Part shown: positions 39,108-48,674 of the stretch, piece by piece
Layout: every line of letters starts with the position of its first letter
Position numbering within the stretch: position 1 is the first letter of the stretch
Assembly: GCA_002840305.1 (NCBI GenBank)
Contig: PHAI01000002.1
Span: forward strand, 74,707 to 138,706
Reading direction: 5' to 3'
Length of the DNA stretch: 64,000 nt
From: Candidatus Falkowbacteria bacterium HGW-Falkowbacteria-1
GTDB lineage: Bacteria > Patescibacteriota > Patescibacteriia > Patescibacteriales > UBA12465
Made by a program: the position numbers and the translations under genes
Notes under the pieces: generated by a model
The model's database searches: none
What the model was told of the DNA's origin: nothing
The model's input: the letters and a program-made list of their open reading frames with translations, nothing else

Positions 39108-39291
39108 ATTTTTTATAAAAAATTTAATTATTTATAATAACTCATTATTATGCGTTATCAAATCTGGTTTTTATTAAATACTTTAGTATTATCAAATTTT
39201 TATTATATTCCCCAAAGATTGGCACATGCTTCTTTCTATGTTTTTAATACATTTAAACGAGTAGCGTGCGTATATTTTTTCAACTATTACG

Positions 39292-41616
39292 CTATCTATA
39301 CAGCCAAATAAGCTGACCCCAGACTACAGCAGCTAAATTAGCACCATCGGCTGATGATCTAATTGATTGCCAATTTCTTGAACCGGCCGAGGTTTCTTCT
39401 GCCCAGGTTTGTCCGGAGTCATCAGAGGTATAGACATAGCTACCACTGGTTACTGCGGCTAACTTGGTACCATCAGCCGAGGAGCTAATCGATTTCCAAA
39501 CCCTTGTACTTCCAGCCGGATTTCTTTCTGTCCAAGTAAGACCAGAATCAGCAGAAGTATAGATGTAGCCACCGCTAACTGCCGCGGCTAATTTGGTACC
39601 ATCAGCCGAGGAGCTAACAGAAGACCAACTCTTTGTGCTGCCAGCTGGATTCCTTTCTGCCCAAGTTTGTCCAGAATCAATAGATGTATAAATATATCCA
39701 TTATAAACAGCGGCAACCAGTTTAGTGCCGTCAGCCGAAGAAGTGACCGACCACCAACTTTTTGTGCTTCCAACAGGATCCCTTTCTACCCAAGTAACAC
39801 CAGAATCAACAGAGGTATAAACATATCCACCATCAACCACGGCGACTAGTTTGGTACCATCAGCCGAGGAGCTAATTGAATTCCAGCATTCTGTGCTTCC
39901 GACAGGATCTCTTTCCGTCCAAGTAAGACCGGAGTTAGCAGAAGTATAAATATACCCACAGTAATCAGCGGCAGCTAGTTTAACACCATCGGCTGAAGAG
40001 GTAATTGAATACCAGTCTTTTGGCCCTCCGGCCGGATTTCTCTCAATCCAGTTTAAACCTGAATCAGTAGAAGTATAAATGTAGCCTTTGTAAACCGCAA
40101 CCGCCAATTTAGTGTTATCAGCTGAAGAAGTAATTGATTGCCAATTTTTTGTACTTCCAGCCGGATTTCTTTCAGTCCAGGTGAGCCCTGAATCAGTAGA
40201 AGTATAAACGTAACCACCATAATACACAGCAGATACCTTGGCGCCATCAGCCGAAGAACTAATTGATCGCCAATTTTTTACGCTTCCAGCCGGACTTCTT
40301 TCTGTCCAGGTAAGACCGGAATCAGTGGATGTATAAATATACCCACCATAAACCGCAGCCGCTAATTCAGTACTATCATCTGATGAGCTAATTGAAATCC
40401 AATTTTTTGTAACTCCAGCCGGATTTCTTTCTGTCCAGGTAGCGCCTGAATCGATGGAGATATAAACATATCCGCCATAAACTACGGCGGCTAATTTAGT
40501 GCCATCAGCTGATGAACTAATTGAATTCCAATTCTTTACACTTCCGACTGGATTTCTTTCCGTCCAGGTAGCACCAGAATCAATGGAGGTGTAAATATAT
40601 CCATTATAAACAACGGCGGCTAATTTAGTGCCATCGGCCGAAGAGCTAATCGATCGCCAATTTCTTGAACCAACCGATGTTCTTTCTGTCCAAGTCTGTC
40701 CAGAGTCATCAGAAGTGTAAACATAACCAAGATAAACTATAGCGGCCAATTTAGTACCATCGGAAGATGAAGTAACGAACCACCAATTTTTTACGCTTCC
40801 AGCCGGATTTCTTTCCGTCCAGGTAAGTCCGGAATCAGTGGAGGTATAAACATATCCGCCATAAACTAAGGCAACTAGTTTAGTACCATCGGAAGATGAA
40901 CTAATCCAATACCAGCTCCTTAAACCGGCCGATGTTCTTTCTGTCCAGGTAGCACCTGAATCGGTGGAAGTATAAACATATCCGCCATAAACTACAGCAG
41001 CTAATTTAGTCCCATCAGAAGATGAGCTGATTGATCGCCAATTAGCAAGGCCAATTCCACCAGGAATATTATTTACGGCCACCCAAGTTTTTTCTACACA
41101 TTCTCCATCAACACAGCTATAATCATCTTCGCAAGTCGGTTCACATATTACTTCTTCTCCACCATTTGGCATACTACTACCAAAGATTATTCCGCCAGGA
41201 GTCATTTGCTTGGCCCCAGGTGGCATATCTGATATTTGTTTACCCGTACAAAAATCTATAGTATAACTAGCTCCATTGTTTTGAGGAATATAAGTATAAG
41301 TATTAGAAGCAGACAAGCAATCTCCATCAGCGGGAGTGGGAGAAGTAGGGATATTATACATAAATACTTCTCCCGTGGAAGAAGAAGTTATGGCACCACT
41401 ATTCCATTCATCCTCTGTGGGATAACGACCATTTTCATTAAAAATTAGTTCTAGAGCGGTTTGAATCTGTTTCATGTCAGCCACTCTCTTACTGTCTCTA
41501 GCTCTACTTCTTGCTTGTTGAAGAGCTACCACGGCCAAAGTGGCCAAAATACCAATAATTGCTATTACCACTAAAAGCTCTATTAACGTGAAGGCTTTTT
41601 TGTTAATTTTAGACAT
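39292..41616 (-). CDS. Type IV pilin (class III signal) fused to a 14-blade Asp-box/BNR beta-propeller; putative adhesin
   Basis: KKAFTLIELLVVIAIIGILATL prepilin motif, ARDSKR, pilin Cys pair, Cys-rich linker, then S-x-D-S-G-x-T-W repeats. Confidence 0.9.
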   Translation of the reverse strand: MSKINKKAFTLIELLVVIAIIGILATLAVVALQQARSRARDSKRVADMKQIQTALELIFNENGRYPTEDEWNSGAITSSSTGEVFMYNIPTSPTPADGDCLSASNTYTYIPQNNGASYTIDFCTGKQISDMPPGAKQMTPGGIIFGSSMPNGGEEVICEPTCEDDYSCVDGECVEKTWVAVNNIPGGIGLANWRSISSSSDGTKLAAVVYGGYVYTSTDSGATWTERTSAGLRSWYWISSSSDGTKLVALVYGGYVYTSTDSGLTWTERNPAGSVKNWWFVTSSSDGTKLAAIVYLGYVYTSDDSGQTWTERTSVGSRNWRSISSSADGTKLAAVVYNGYIYTSIDSGATWTERNPVGSVKNWNSISSSADGTKLAAVVYGGYVYISIDSGATWTERNPAGVTKNWISISSSDDSTELAAAVYGGYIYTSTDSGLTWTERSPAGSVKNWRSISSSADGAKVSAVYYGGYVYTSTDSGLTWTERNPAGSTKNWQSITSSADNTKLAVAVYKGYIYTSTDSGLNWIERNPAGGPKDWYSITSSADGVKLAAADYCGYIYTSANSGLTWTERDPVGSTECWNSISSSADGTKLVAVVDGGYVYTSVDSGVTWVERDPVGSTKSWWSVTSSADGTKLVAAVYNGYIYTSIDSGQTWAERNPAGSTKSWSSVSSSADGTKLAAAVSGGYIYTSADSGLTWTERNPAGSTRVWKSISSSADGTKLAAVTSGSYVYTSDDSGQTWAEETSAGSRNWQSIRSSADGANLAAVVWGQLIWLYR
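39295..41040 (-). repeat. Intragenic tandem array of 126-129-bp (42-43 aa) repeats: 13 full and 1 partial
   Basis: W-x-SISSSADGTKLAAVVYGGYVYTS-x-DSG-x-TWTER-x-PAG unit, counted in the translation. Confidence 0.93.
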
Positions 41617-41720
41617 ATTTTTGTACTACTTTGCCCCCATCCTCGCACAAGGATAAGAGTCCAAAACAGATATATATTAAATATAATTATTTAAAATTGA
41701 CCGAGAAAAAAACATCACAT

Positions 41721-42026
41721 TTAAATATCTTCTATTCTTTCTAAAATTCCATTAATTTTTTTATACTCACGATTCTTATTTTTTTCAATCTTTTTTAAAA
41801 GTTCATCTTCTAAATTTATATTTAAAATTGTAGCCAATCCCATTAAATATATTACAACATCAGCCAACTCCTCGCCTAGGTCTGGCAAGTTCTTTCTATA
41901 AGCATGAAAAGCTTCGGAAAGTTCTTCATGTGCCAAACTAAACTCTAAGGGAATGTCAGTAATATTGAAGCCCTTGGCAATTTTATTATCAAATATTTCT
42001 TTTTGTAATTTTTGTAAGTCAATCAT
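41721..42026 (-). CDS. MazG-like nucleotide pyrophosphohydrolase
   Basis: EELSEAF, GEELADV, K-x-x-x-N-x-x-R. Confidence 0.85.
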   Translation of the reverse strand: MIDLQKLQKEIFDNKIAKGFNITDIPLEFSLAHEELSEAFHAYRKNLPDLGEELADVVIYLMGLATILNINLEDELLKKIEKNKNREYKKINGILERIEDI

Positions 42027-42116
42027 AGTTGAAAAAAATGTTAGATAAATATAATAAAAATAACCTTAATCCATCTTAATTATATCAAATCAAACCCAAG
42101 AGTACAACAAGCAAAC

Positions 42117-44591
42117 TCAGACATTCTCAATAAAATCATCCCCAATCATTGATATCAAACGGCTCTTAGCGCTAGGATAATTATATTCATTAAACATACT
42201 ATAAGACAAAAAAACTTCTTTCCTGGACCTGGTTAGAGCCACATAAAATAGTCTCTTTTCCTCTTCCATATTATCAGTCTTAAAAAAGGGAAAAACGCCT
42301 TCATTTAGTCCTAGGAGAAAAACATAATCAAACTCCAGACCTTTGACTTGATGAATAGTTACTATCGGTATTTTTCCACCATCTACACCCAAAAAATCTA
42401 TGTTTTTAATCAAGCCAGAATAATGAATTAAATTATGTAAAGCCGTTCTGTTTGGCAAAAAATCCTCATCTCTATTTTTAAAAAATGTTTTCAAGGTTTC
42501 AAAAGATTTTTTCCTCTGTAAAGAGCCCTTATCTTTATTATAATACTCATCTAAGCCTGAATTCTCCCAAACAAAGGCCAAAAAATCATCGGGTCTCATT
42601 TTATCAATTTGTTTTTCAAAATTATTTATATCTACGCTTAAATTTATAAACTTAGGCTTAAATTTATTCCACAAAACTTCCCTTTCTTTGCTATTCTTTT
42701 CTAATTTCTCAACCAAAAACAAAAGCAAATCAACAGTTGCCGCCACATCATCATCAGCACTATGAGTGGCATCTTTAAAATTCAAATGTTTGGCAATATT
42801 ACTTAATTTATAGCTACCCAAACTTAAAAATCTTTTAGCTAAATCCAGAGTGTCATAATAATTCTTAAAATCAATATTTATTTTATATCTTTTGCAATTC
42901 TCCTTAATCATATTTAAATCAAAAACCACATTATGACCAACAACAACTGAATCAGAAATAAAATCTTTTAGCGAGACTAAAACTTTTTTGGGATCTTCTC
43001 CTTTCTCTTTTAAAAACTCATCACTTATCTTATGAACAAAAAAAGACGAAGCAACTGATTTCTTATTTTTTAAATAATGATGAAATTCCTGTGCAATTTC
43101 ACCATCAATAATTTCTCTAGCATAAACCTGAATAATCTCATCTTTAGCTGGATTTATACCGGTTGTCTCAGTATCTAACACAATAATTCTGCCCTTATTC
43201 TTTAACTCTATTAATTGTGAAAAAGGTTCTGCAAAATTATAGTTTCTAAAATTTAAAAAATCAGACAGATTTAGACCACAAGCCGAGCCCTCTTTTCTAA
43301 TTTTTTCCAAAGTTTCTTCGCCTATATTCTTTGGCGGTCTTTGGATAATTCTTTTAGCTGAAAACAAATCAGCTTTATTAAATAATATTTTAAGATAAGC
43401 AAAAATATCTTTAACCTCTTGACGTTTAAAAAAATCATATTGATCAACCGTTAAAAAAGAAATATCATTTTCCGAAAAAACTTCGGCTACATTTCCTATT
43501 AGTCTATTAGTTCTAGTCAAAACTGCAATCTTGGCAGATTTATCAATCTTTTTGATATTTTTAATACTATCAATAACCCACAAAACTTCTTCTTTAAAAT
43601 TATAGCCCTTAAAAGATTTTATGCATTTGCTAATTATGTTATTTGAAGAATTTTTATCATCGTTTAATACTCTTAATTCTTTAGTTTTAGCTTCTTCCAT
43701 ATTCCCCAAGACCGATATAAAAGCCTTTATAAGACCCGGATTGGAACGATAATTTATATTAAGACTAAATTCTTTAACCGGCTTAAAATGCTCTTTAAAC
43801 AAATTAGCTATAAAAACAGGTCTAGAATCTCTAAAGCTATAAATAGTTTGATCGATATCCCCTATCAAAGAAATATTTTTATGTTTTTTGGCCAGCTCTT
43901 TGATAACTAAATATTCCGACAAATGAGTATCTTGAAATTCATCTAATTGAATAAAGCGAAAGCGTTCTGACCATTTTTGGTTTATATCTTGATACTTAAA
44001 CAAAATTTCCAAAACACTCAACACGAGTTCATTAAAATCAAAAGAATTTTGCTCTTTGAGTCTTCTTAAATATTCTTCTCCAAAAATTATTATTTCTGGA
44101 TTTATTTTTTTGATATCTACATTGTGACCGATATCAACTTGAAAAAGTGATAAACGATATTTATAAAATTCCTCCAAACTATTCAAAATCTCTCTAGGCT
44201 TTTCTGGAAAAACTTTATTAGCTTCATTAAATATACTTTTAACTATTTCCAATTGTTCATCTTCGTCTAATATCAAAAAATCGGTAGAAATACCGACATT
44301 ACTAGCTTCAGATCTAATAAAATAGGCACAAAAAGCATGAAAAGTGGAAACAGTTAAAGAATCAAAGTCATTCTTATCATCAACCCTTTCTTTTATCCTG
44401 CTTTTCATTTCGTCGGCCGCCCGGTTGGTAAAAGTCAACGCCAAAATTTCATTTGGCTTTATTCCACTTTCCATGGCCTTTACGATTCTCTCGGTTAAAA
44501 CGCTGGTTTTTCCAGTCCCAACTGGAGCGTTTATTAAATAAGCACCAAAAATATTATCAACTATTGCTTGTTGCTGAGAATTTAATTTCAT
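42117..44591 (-). CDS. UvrD/PcrA-like SF1 helicase with an inserted DEDDh 3'-5' exonuclease domain
   Basis: Helicase motifs GTGKT, TFTNRAA, DEFQD, GDIDQTIYSFR, NYRS, TIHQVKGLEF, YVALTR; internal exonuclease motifs LDTETTG, GHNVVFD, HSADDD. Confidence 0.93.
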   Translation of the reverse strand: MKLNSQQQAIVDNIFGAYLINAPVGTGKTSVLTERIVKAMESGIKPNEILALTFTNRAADEMKSRIKERVDDKNDFDSLTVSTFHAFCAYFIRSEASNVGISTDFLILDEDEQLEIVKSIFNEANKVFPEKPREILNSLEEFYKYRLSLFQVDIGHNVDIKKINPEIIIFGEEYLRRLKEQNSFDFNELVLSVLEILFKYQDINQKWSERFRFIQLDEFQDTHLSEYLVIKELAKKHKNISLIGDIDQTIYSFRDSRPVFIANLFKEHFKPVKEFSLNINYRSNPGLIKAFISVLGNMEEAKTKELRVLNDDKNSSNNIISKCIKSFKGYNFKEEVLWVIDSIKNIKKIDKSAKIAVLTRTNRLIGNVAEVFSENDISFLTVDQYDFFKRQEVKDIFAYLKILFNKADLFSAKRIIQRPPKNIGEETLEKIRKEGSACGLNLSDFLNFRNYNFAEPFSQLIELKNKGRIIVLDTETTGINPAKDEIIQVYAREIIDGEIAQEFHHYLKNKKSVASSFFVHKISDEFLKEKGEDPKKVLVSLKDFISDSVVVGHNVVFDLNMIKENCKRYKINIDFKNYYDTLDLAKRFLSLGSYKLSNIAKHLNFKDATHSADDDVAATVDLLLFLVEKLEKNSKEREVLWNKFKPKFINLSVDINNFEKQIDKMRPDDFLAFVWENSGLDEYYNKDKGSLQRKKSFETLKTFFKNRDEDFLPNRTALHNLIHYSGLIKNIDFLGVDGGKIPIVTIHQVKGLEFDYVFLLGLNEGVFPFFKTDNMEEEKRLFYVALTRSRKEVFLSYSMFNEYNYPSAKSRLISMIGDDFIENV

Positions 44592-44595
44592 TTTT

Positions 44596-44949
44596 TTAGT
44601 TTAAAACTTTTTCTTCTTTTTTCTCTATGCTTTCAATCTCTAGTCCTTCTTTTAGAATTTTATAAAGTTTTGACAAGACCTCTTCTCTCTCCTCTTTTGA
44701 AAAAGATTTTTCACTTTTTCTAATAAGAGTGGACAAAAAAATAATTACTTGCTCTGACAGTTCTACGAAGTCAGGATATTCTTCAAAAAGACCAATCAAA
44801 TTATTTATTTCATCAACATTGATTTTATTGTCAGGAGTAAAAATACCAAAGTCACTATGTTTATTTAAGCGGTCTTTAATAGCTGAAGCGACAACGTTTT
44901 CTAAATTCTGAATATTTTTAACTGTTTTTAAACTTTCAAAGCTGTTCAT
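44596..44949 (-). CDS. Hypothetical protein
   Basis: 117-aa ORF ending 4 bp before the helicase start; no recognisable motif. Confidence 0.6.
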   Translation of the reverse strand: MNSFESLKTVKNIQNLENVVASAIKDRLNKHSDFGIFTPDNKINVDEINNLIGLFEEYPDFVELSEQVIIFLSTLIRKSEKSFSKEEREEVLSKLYKILKEGLEIESIEKKEEKVLN

Positions 44950-45006
44950 AATTTTAAAATAATGTATTATAATAAAAGAATCTTATACATCAATTATAAC
45001 AAACAA

Positions 45007-45666
45007 ATGGATTTAAAAAAAGAACAAGAACTTTTTTCCTGTGGTTATAAACTAATTGGGGCAATTGACGAAGTGGGACGAGGACCCCTGGCCGGACCAG
45101 TTGTTAGCGCTTGTGTAATTATTGATAATACTTTTAAAATAAGCCCTGAGCTAGAAGCTATAAGAGACTCCAAAAAATTAAGCCCCAAAAAAAGACAAGA
45201 ACTATTCCCCATAATCAAAAATAGCGTCAAGGCCGTCGCTATTGGAATTTGTGACAACAAAATTATAGACAAAATAAATATTTTACAAGCTACTTTTTTA
45301 TCAATGAGAAAAGCTTTAAATACTATTGATTTAAAACCAGATATAATTTTAGTGGATGGTAAATTTCCGATACCAAAGATAGATATAAAACAAGAAGCTA
45401 TTATTTCTGGAGATAATATAATTTTTAGTATTGCCATGGCTTCAATTATTGCTAAGGTAAGCCGTGATTTTATGATGGAGGAAATGGATAAAAAATATCC
45501 AGAATATTTTTTTGCTAAACACAAAGGTTACGGCACCAAGCTTCACATGGAAATGATAGAAAAATTTGGACCATGTCCAATCCATCGCTTTAGCTTTGCA
45601 CCGCTTTCTCAACCCTCTTCAAAGTCTTCTCCTTACCTAAAACATAGGCCAATTCAAAAGGACTAG
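45007..45666 (+). CDS. rnhB: Ribonuclease HII (likely start MDLKKE)
   Basis: IDEVGRGPLAGPV, DSKKL, VDG, ASIIAKVSRD, HKGYGT, HRFSF. Confidence 0.96.
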   Translation: MDLKKEQELFSCGYKLIGAIDEVGRGPLAGPVVSACVIIDNTFKISPELEAIRDSKKLSPKKRQELFPIIKNSVKAVAIGICDNKIIDKINILQATFLSMRKALNTIDLKPDIILVDGKFPIPKIDIKQEAIISGDNIIFSIAMASIIAKVSRDFMMEEMDKKYPEYFFAKHKGYGTKLHMEMIEKFGPCPIHRFSFAPLSQPSSKSSPYLKHRPIQKD

Positions 45667-47044
45667 GACTATTTTTTTGCCCAGAAAGAGATACTCTAAG
45701 TGGCCACAAATAGTCACCATTTTTTTTATCACTTTCTTTCAAATAAGCAAAAACCAAATTCTCTAAACATTCCTTGGTCCAATCACTCTCTTTAACTTTA
45801 TCTAAAACACTATAAATTTCTAATAAATTTTTCTTAACATCTCCCAGGGTCAAACTTTTCCAAATCAATAGTTCAACATCATAAACAATATCATCCATAA
45901 ACAAATAATGAGTAAAGGAAGCAATGTCTTCCAATTTTTTTAGCCTTTCCTGGCTAATCTCTATTGTTTTATAAATATCTTCGTCTTTACTCTTTTCTGT
46001 TATTAGCCCCTCTTTTAGTAAATAAGGTTTGCAAAGATCACTTAATTCTTTGACATTTTTTTGTCTAATATAATGACCATTTAAATAATCTAATTTTTCT
46101 AAATCAAAAACAGCCGGGCTAACGCCCATTCCATCTAAAGAAAATTTTTCAATAATTTCTTTCATGCTCAAAATCTCTTGATCGTCCTTAGGGTGCCAAC
46201 CAAGAAATGCGCAGAAGTTAACAATAGCTTCTGGCAAATACCCTTTGTTACGATAATCTTCTACAAAGACATCGCCTTGTCTCTTGCTTAGCTTTCCACC
46301 CCCCTTGTTTAATATTAAGGGTAAATGAATATATTTTGGCATTTCCCAGCCAAAAGATTTATACAGTAGCGCGTTCTTGGGAAAACTAGCCAACCATTCA
46401 TCACCGCGAGTCACGTGACTTATCTCCATTAAATGATCATCGACTATATTGGCAAATTGATAAGTTGGAACACCATTTGATTTTATCAAAACGTGATCAT
46501 CTAAATCTTCAGATTTAAAAATAATTTTACCACGAAGTTCGTCATATACTTCAACGCAACAATTCATTGGAATTTTTTGACGAATAACAAATTTCTCACC
46601 GTTTTTTATTTTTTCTTCAATTTCTTCTTTACTCAAATCTCTACAATGCCTATCATATTTGGGAGCTTCTTTGTTTTCCTGCTGTTTTTGCCTCATATCA
46701 TCTAATCTTTCAGAGCTACAAAAACAATAATAAGCCTCACCTTTATCAAGCAATTCTTTTATATATTTTTGATAAATATCCAATCTTTCTGTTTGAGTAT
46801 AGGGGCCATAATTGCCACTAATATGAGGTCCTTCATCAAAATCAATACCAATCCAAGAAAAAATATTCAACAAGCTATCAACCGCCCCTTCAACTTCTCT
46901 TTTTTGATCAGTATCCTCAATTCTTAAAATAAAATCTCCGTCCATGCTTTTAGCTAAAAAATAACCAAATAAAGCCGAACGTAAATTACCAATATGTAAA
47001 AAACCGGTTGGAGAAGGGGCAAATCTTAATCTAACTTTATTCAT
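45590..47044 (-). CDS. gltX: Glutamyl-tRNA synthetase (likely start MNKVRL)
   Basis: RFAPSPTGFLHIGN, RIEDTD, KLSKR. Confidence 0.97.
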   Translation of the reverse strand: MNKVRLRFAPSPTGFLHIGNLRSALFGYFLAKSMDGDFILRIEDTDQKREVEGAVDSLLNIFSWIGIDFDEGPHISGNYGPYTQTERLDIYQKYIKELLDKGEAYYCFCSSERLDDMRQKQQENKEAPKYDRHCRDLSKEEIEEKIKNGEKFVIRQKIPMNCCVEVYDELRGKIIFKSEDLDDHVLIKSNGVPTYQFANIVDDHLMEISHVTRGDEWLASFPKNALLYKSFGWEMPKYIHLPLILNKGGGKLSKRQGDVFVEDYRNKGYLPEAIVNFCAFLGWHPKDDQEILSMKEIIEKFSLDGMGVSPAVFDLEKLDYLNGHYIRQKNVKELSDLCKPYLLKEGLITEKSKDEDIYKTIEISQERLKKLEDIASFTHYLFMDDIVYDVELLIWKSLTLGDVKKNLLEIYSVLDKVKESDWTKECLENLVFAYLKESDKKNGDYLWPLRVSLSGQKNSPSPFELAYVLGKEKTLKRVEKAVQS

Positions 47045-47111
47045 ATTTTTATCTGTCACACCATGGTCACGTAAACACAAAATACTTTTACGTAAGCAAG
47101 GACGGAATTAT

Positions 47112-48425
47112 TTAATTATTTAAATATTCTTTAAACTTATCAAAAAATATCTGAGAAGCTGCTTGTCTTGAATGATAAACACTGCGCACAAACTCGCTAG
47201 CTTTAACCCATTTAAAATCAGAATGATCCCAAAAATTAATTTCAATATCAGTGTCTGCGCCGTGAAATTCAGCTAAAAGCAAACTCTGGCTCTGCCCCTT
47301 AAAACCGTAACGTCCTCTATGATTAGTCTTATATTTAAAAACATTTTTATATACTTTTCTAGGAGAAAAATTTCTAATACCTAGTTCTTCATATAGCTCC
47401 CTGCTCCCAGCCAATTTTATATTTTGATTATCAAGCCCTCCTTGCGGTATTTGCCAATGATCCTTTTCCTCACTTCTTTCCACTAAAAGTATCTGATAAT
47501 CATCCAAATTATTCATTTTTTTCTTATCCAAAGCAGTATACGGTAGTTCACTTTTTCTATAAAGCAAACAAGCTACGTTTTTTCTATAAAAAAAATGACT
47601 AAAAAAATTCCAATAAAAAAATTTTGTTAAAAATACAACAACGGCGTTAAACATTCTTTTATATCTCTTCGGTTGCTTAAACAATCTCCATAACCACTCT
47701 AAACCCAAAAAACGAAAGATTCTAGGAGCTCTTTTTATTTTGCCAGTTAAAAAATCAAAAGATCCTCCCAGGCCAATGGCCAATTTTAATGTTGGAATTT
47801 TATTTAAATTATGAAAAATAAATTTTTCTTGATAAGGAGCACCAAAATTACAAATCATAACATCAGCTTCAAAATCCAAGAGTTCATTTTTATTTAAGAA
47901 ATGAAAATTTTTATTTATTTTTTCTTTAATATTGTTTACAAATTTACTTACAAAATTTTCATCTTTCAAATCTTTAAATGATAAAAGATGTCGACGAGGA
48001 GGGACGATATATTTATGATCGGCGTCTTGAATAAAAAACTTCAAACTTGGGTAGTTATTATTTAAAAATATCTTTATATCACCAGCAGAAGAAAGACCAT
48101 CTTCCCTGTTTATTATCAAAACCTTCTTACCCCTTCTCTCTGCTAGGCACAATAGTTCGGGCAATATATCAGAACCACTAACTCTACTTAACCTCCTATT
48201 CATTAAAAAGGCGGCAATTTTTAAACCAAAACCATCTGCCAAAGATAAATTAGCTCTATTTAAAATATAAAATAACTCCTCGTCCTTTTGAGCTTGTAAA
48301 ATTATTTCTGGATTAGGAGTAACTATATAGTTTTGCTGATTAGAACTTAAAAAATCATCAAATTTATCAACAGCGCTCTCCATTTTCAAATCATTATCAA
48401 CATCTATACCTAAAATATTTAACAT
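47112..48425 (-). CDS. WecB/TagA/CpsF glycosyltransferase fused to a C-terminal Nudix (RppH-like) domain (likely start MLNILG)
   Basis: TPNPE, ADG, GAPYQE, GLGGSFD, RAP...LEWLWRL; then WQIPQGG...RELYEELG, GQSQ. Confidence 0.88.
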   Translation of the reverse strand: MLNILGIDVDNDLKMESAVDKFDDFLSSNQQNYIVTPNPEIILQAQKDEELFYILNRANLSLADGFGLKIAAFLMNRRLSRVSGSDILPELLCLAERRGKKVLIINREDGLSSAGDIKIFLNNNYPSLKFFIQDADHKYIVPPRRHLLSFKDLKDENFVSKFVNNIKEKINKNFHFLNKNELLDFEADVMICNFGAPYQEKFIFHNLNKIPTLKLAIGLGGSFDFLTGKIKRAPRIFRFLGLEWLWRLFKQPKRYKRMFNAVVVFLTKFFYWNFFSHFFYRKNVACLLYRKSELPYTALDKKKMNNLDDYQILLVERSEEKDHWQIPQGGLDNQNIKLAGSRELYEELGIRNFSPRKVYKNVFKYKTNHRGRYGFKGQSQSLLLAEFHGADTDIEINFWDHSDFKWVKASEFVRSVYHSRQAASQIFFDKFKEYLNN

Positions 48426-48674
48426 ACACTTTAAAACAAATTTTTGCCTAAGTTTATAACCATAAAAACAAAACAAAAATAACAATATTATAAATTCATA
48501 CCTTATTATATATTATTTATAGCTTTTAGTAAACAAACACTACTTGACTAAATAGACAAAGCATTGTGGTGTATTGACAAAAGTTTTTATTTGTTATTAA
48601 ATGATACGATAACCTAAAGGTTGTTTTGTACATAAAAAACAGAAATTTTAAATTAAATATGGAGGACATCTGAC

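Noticed and set aside
39295..41040. CRISPR array or DGR target
   Set aside because: The repeats are in-frame protein repeats with synonymous divergence and no unique spacers; no cas or RT genes were seen.
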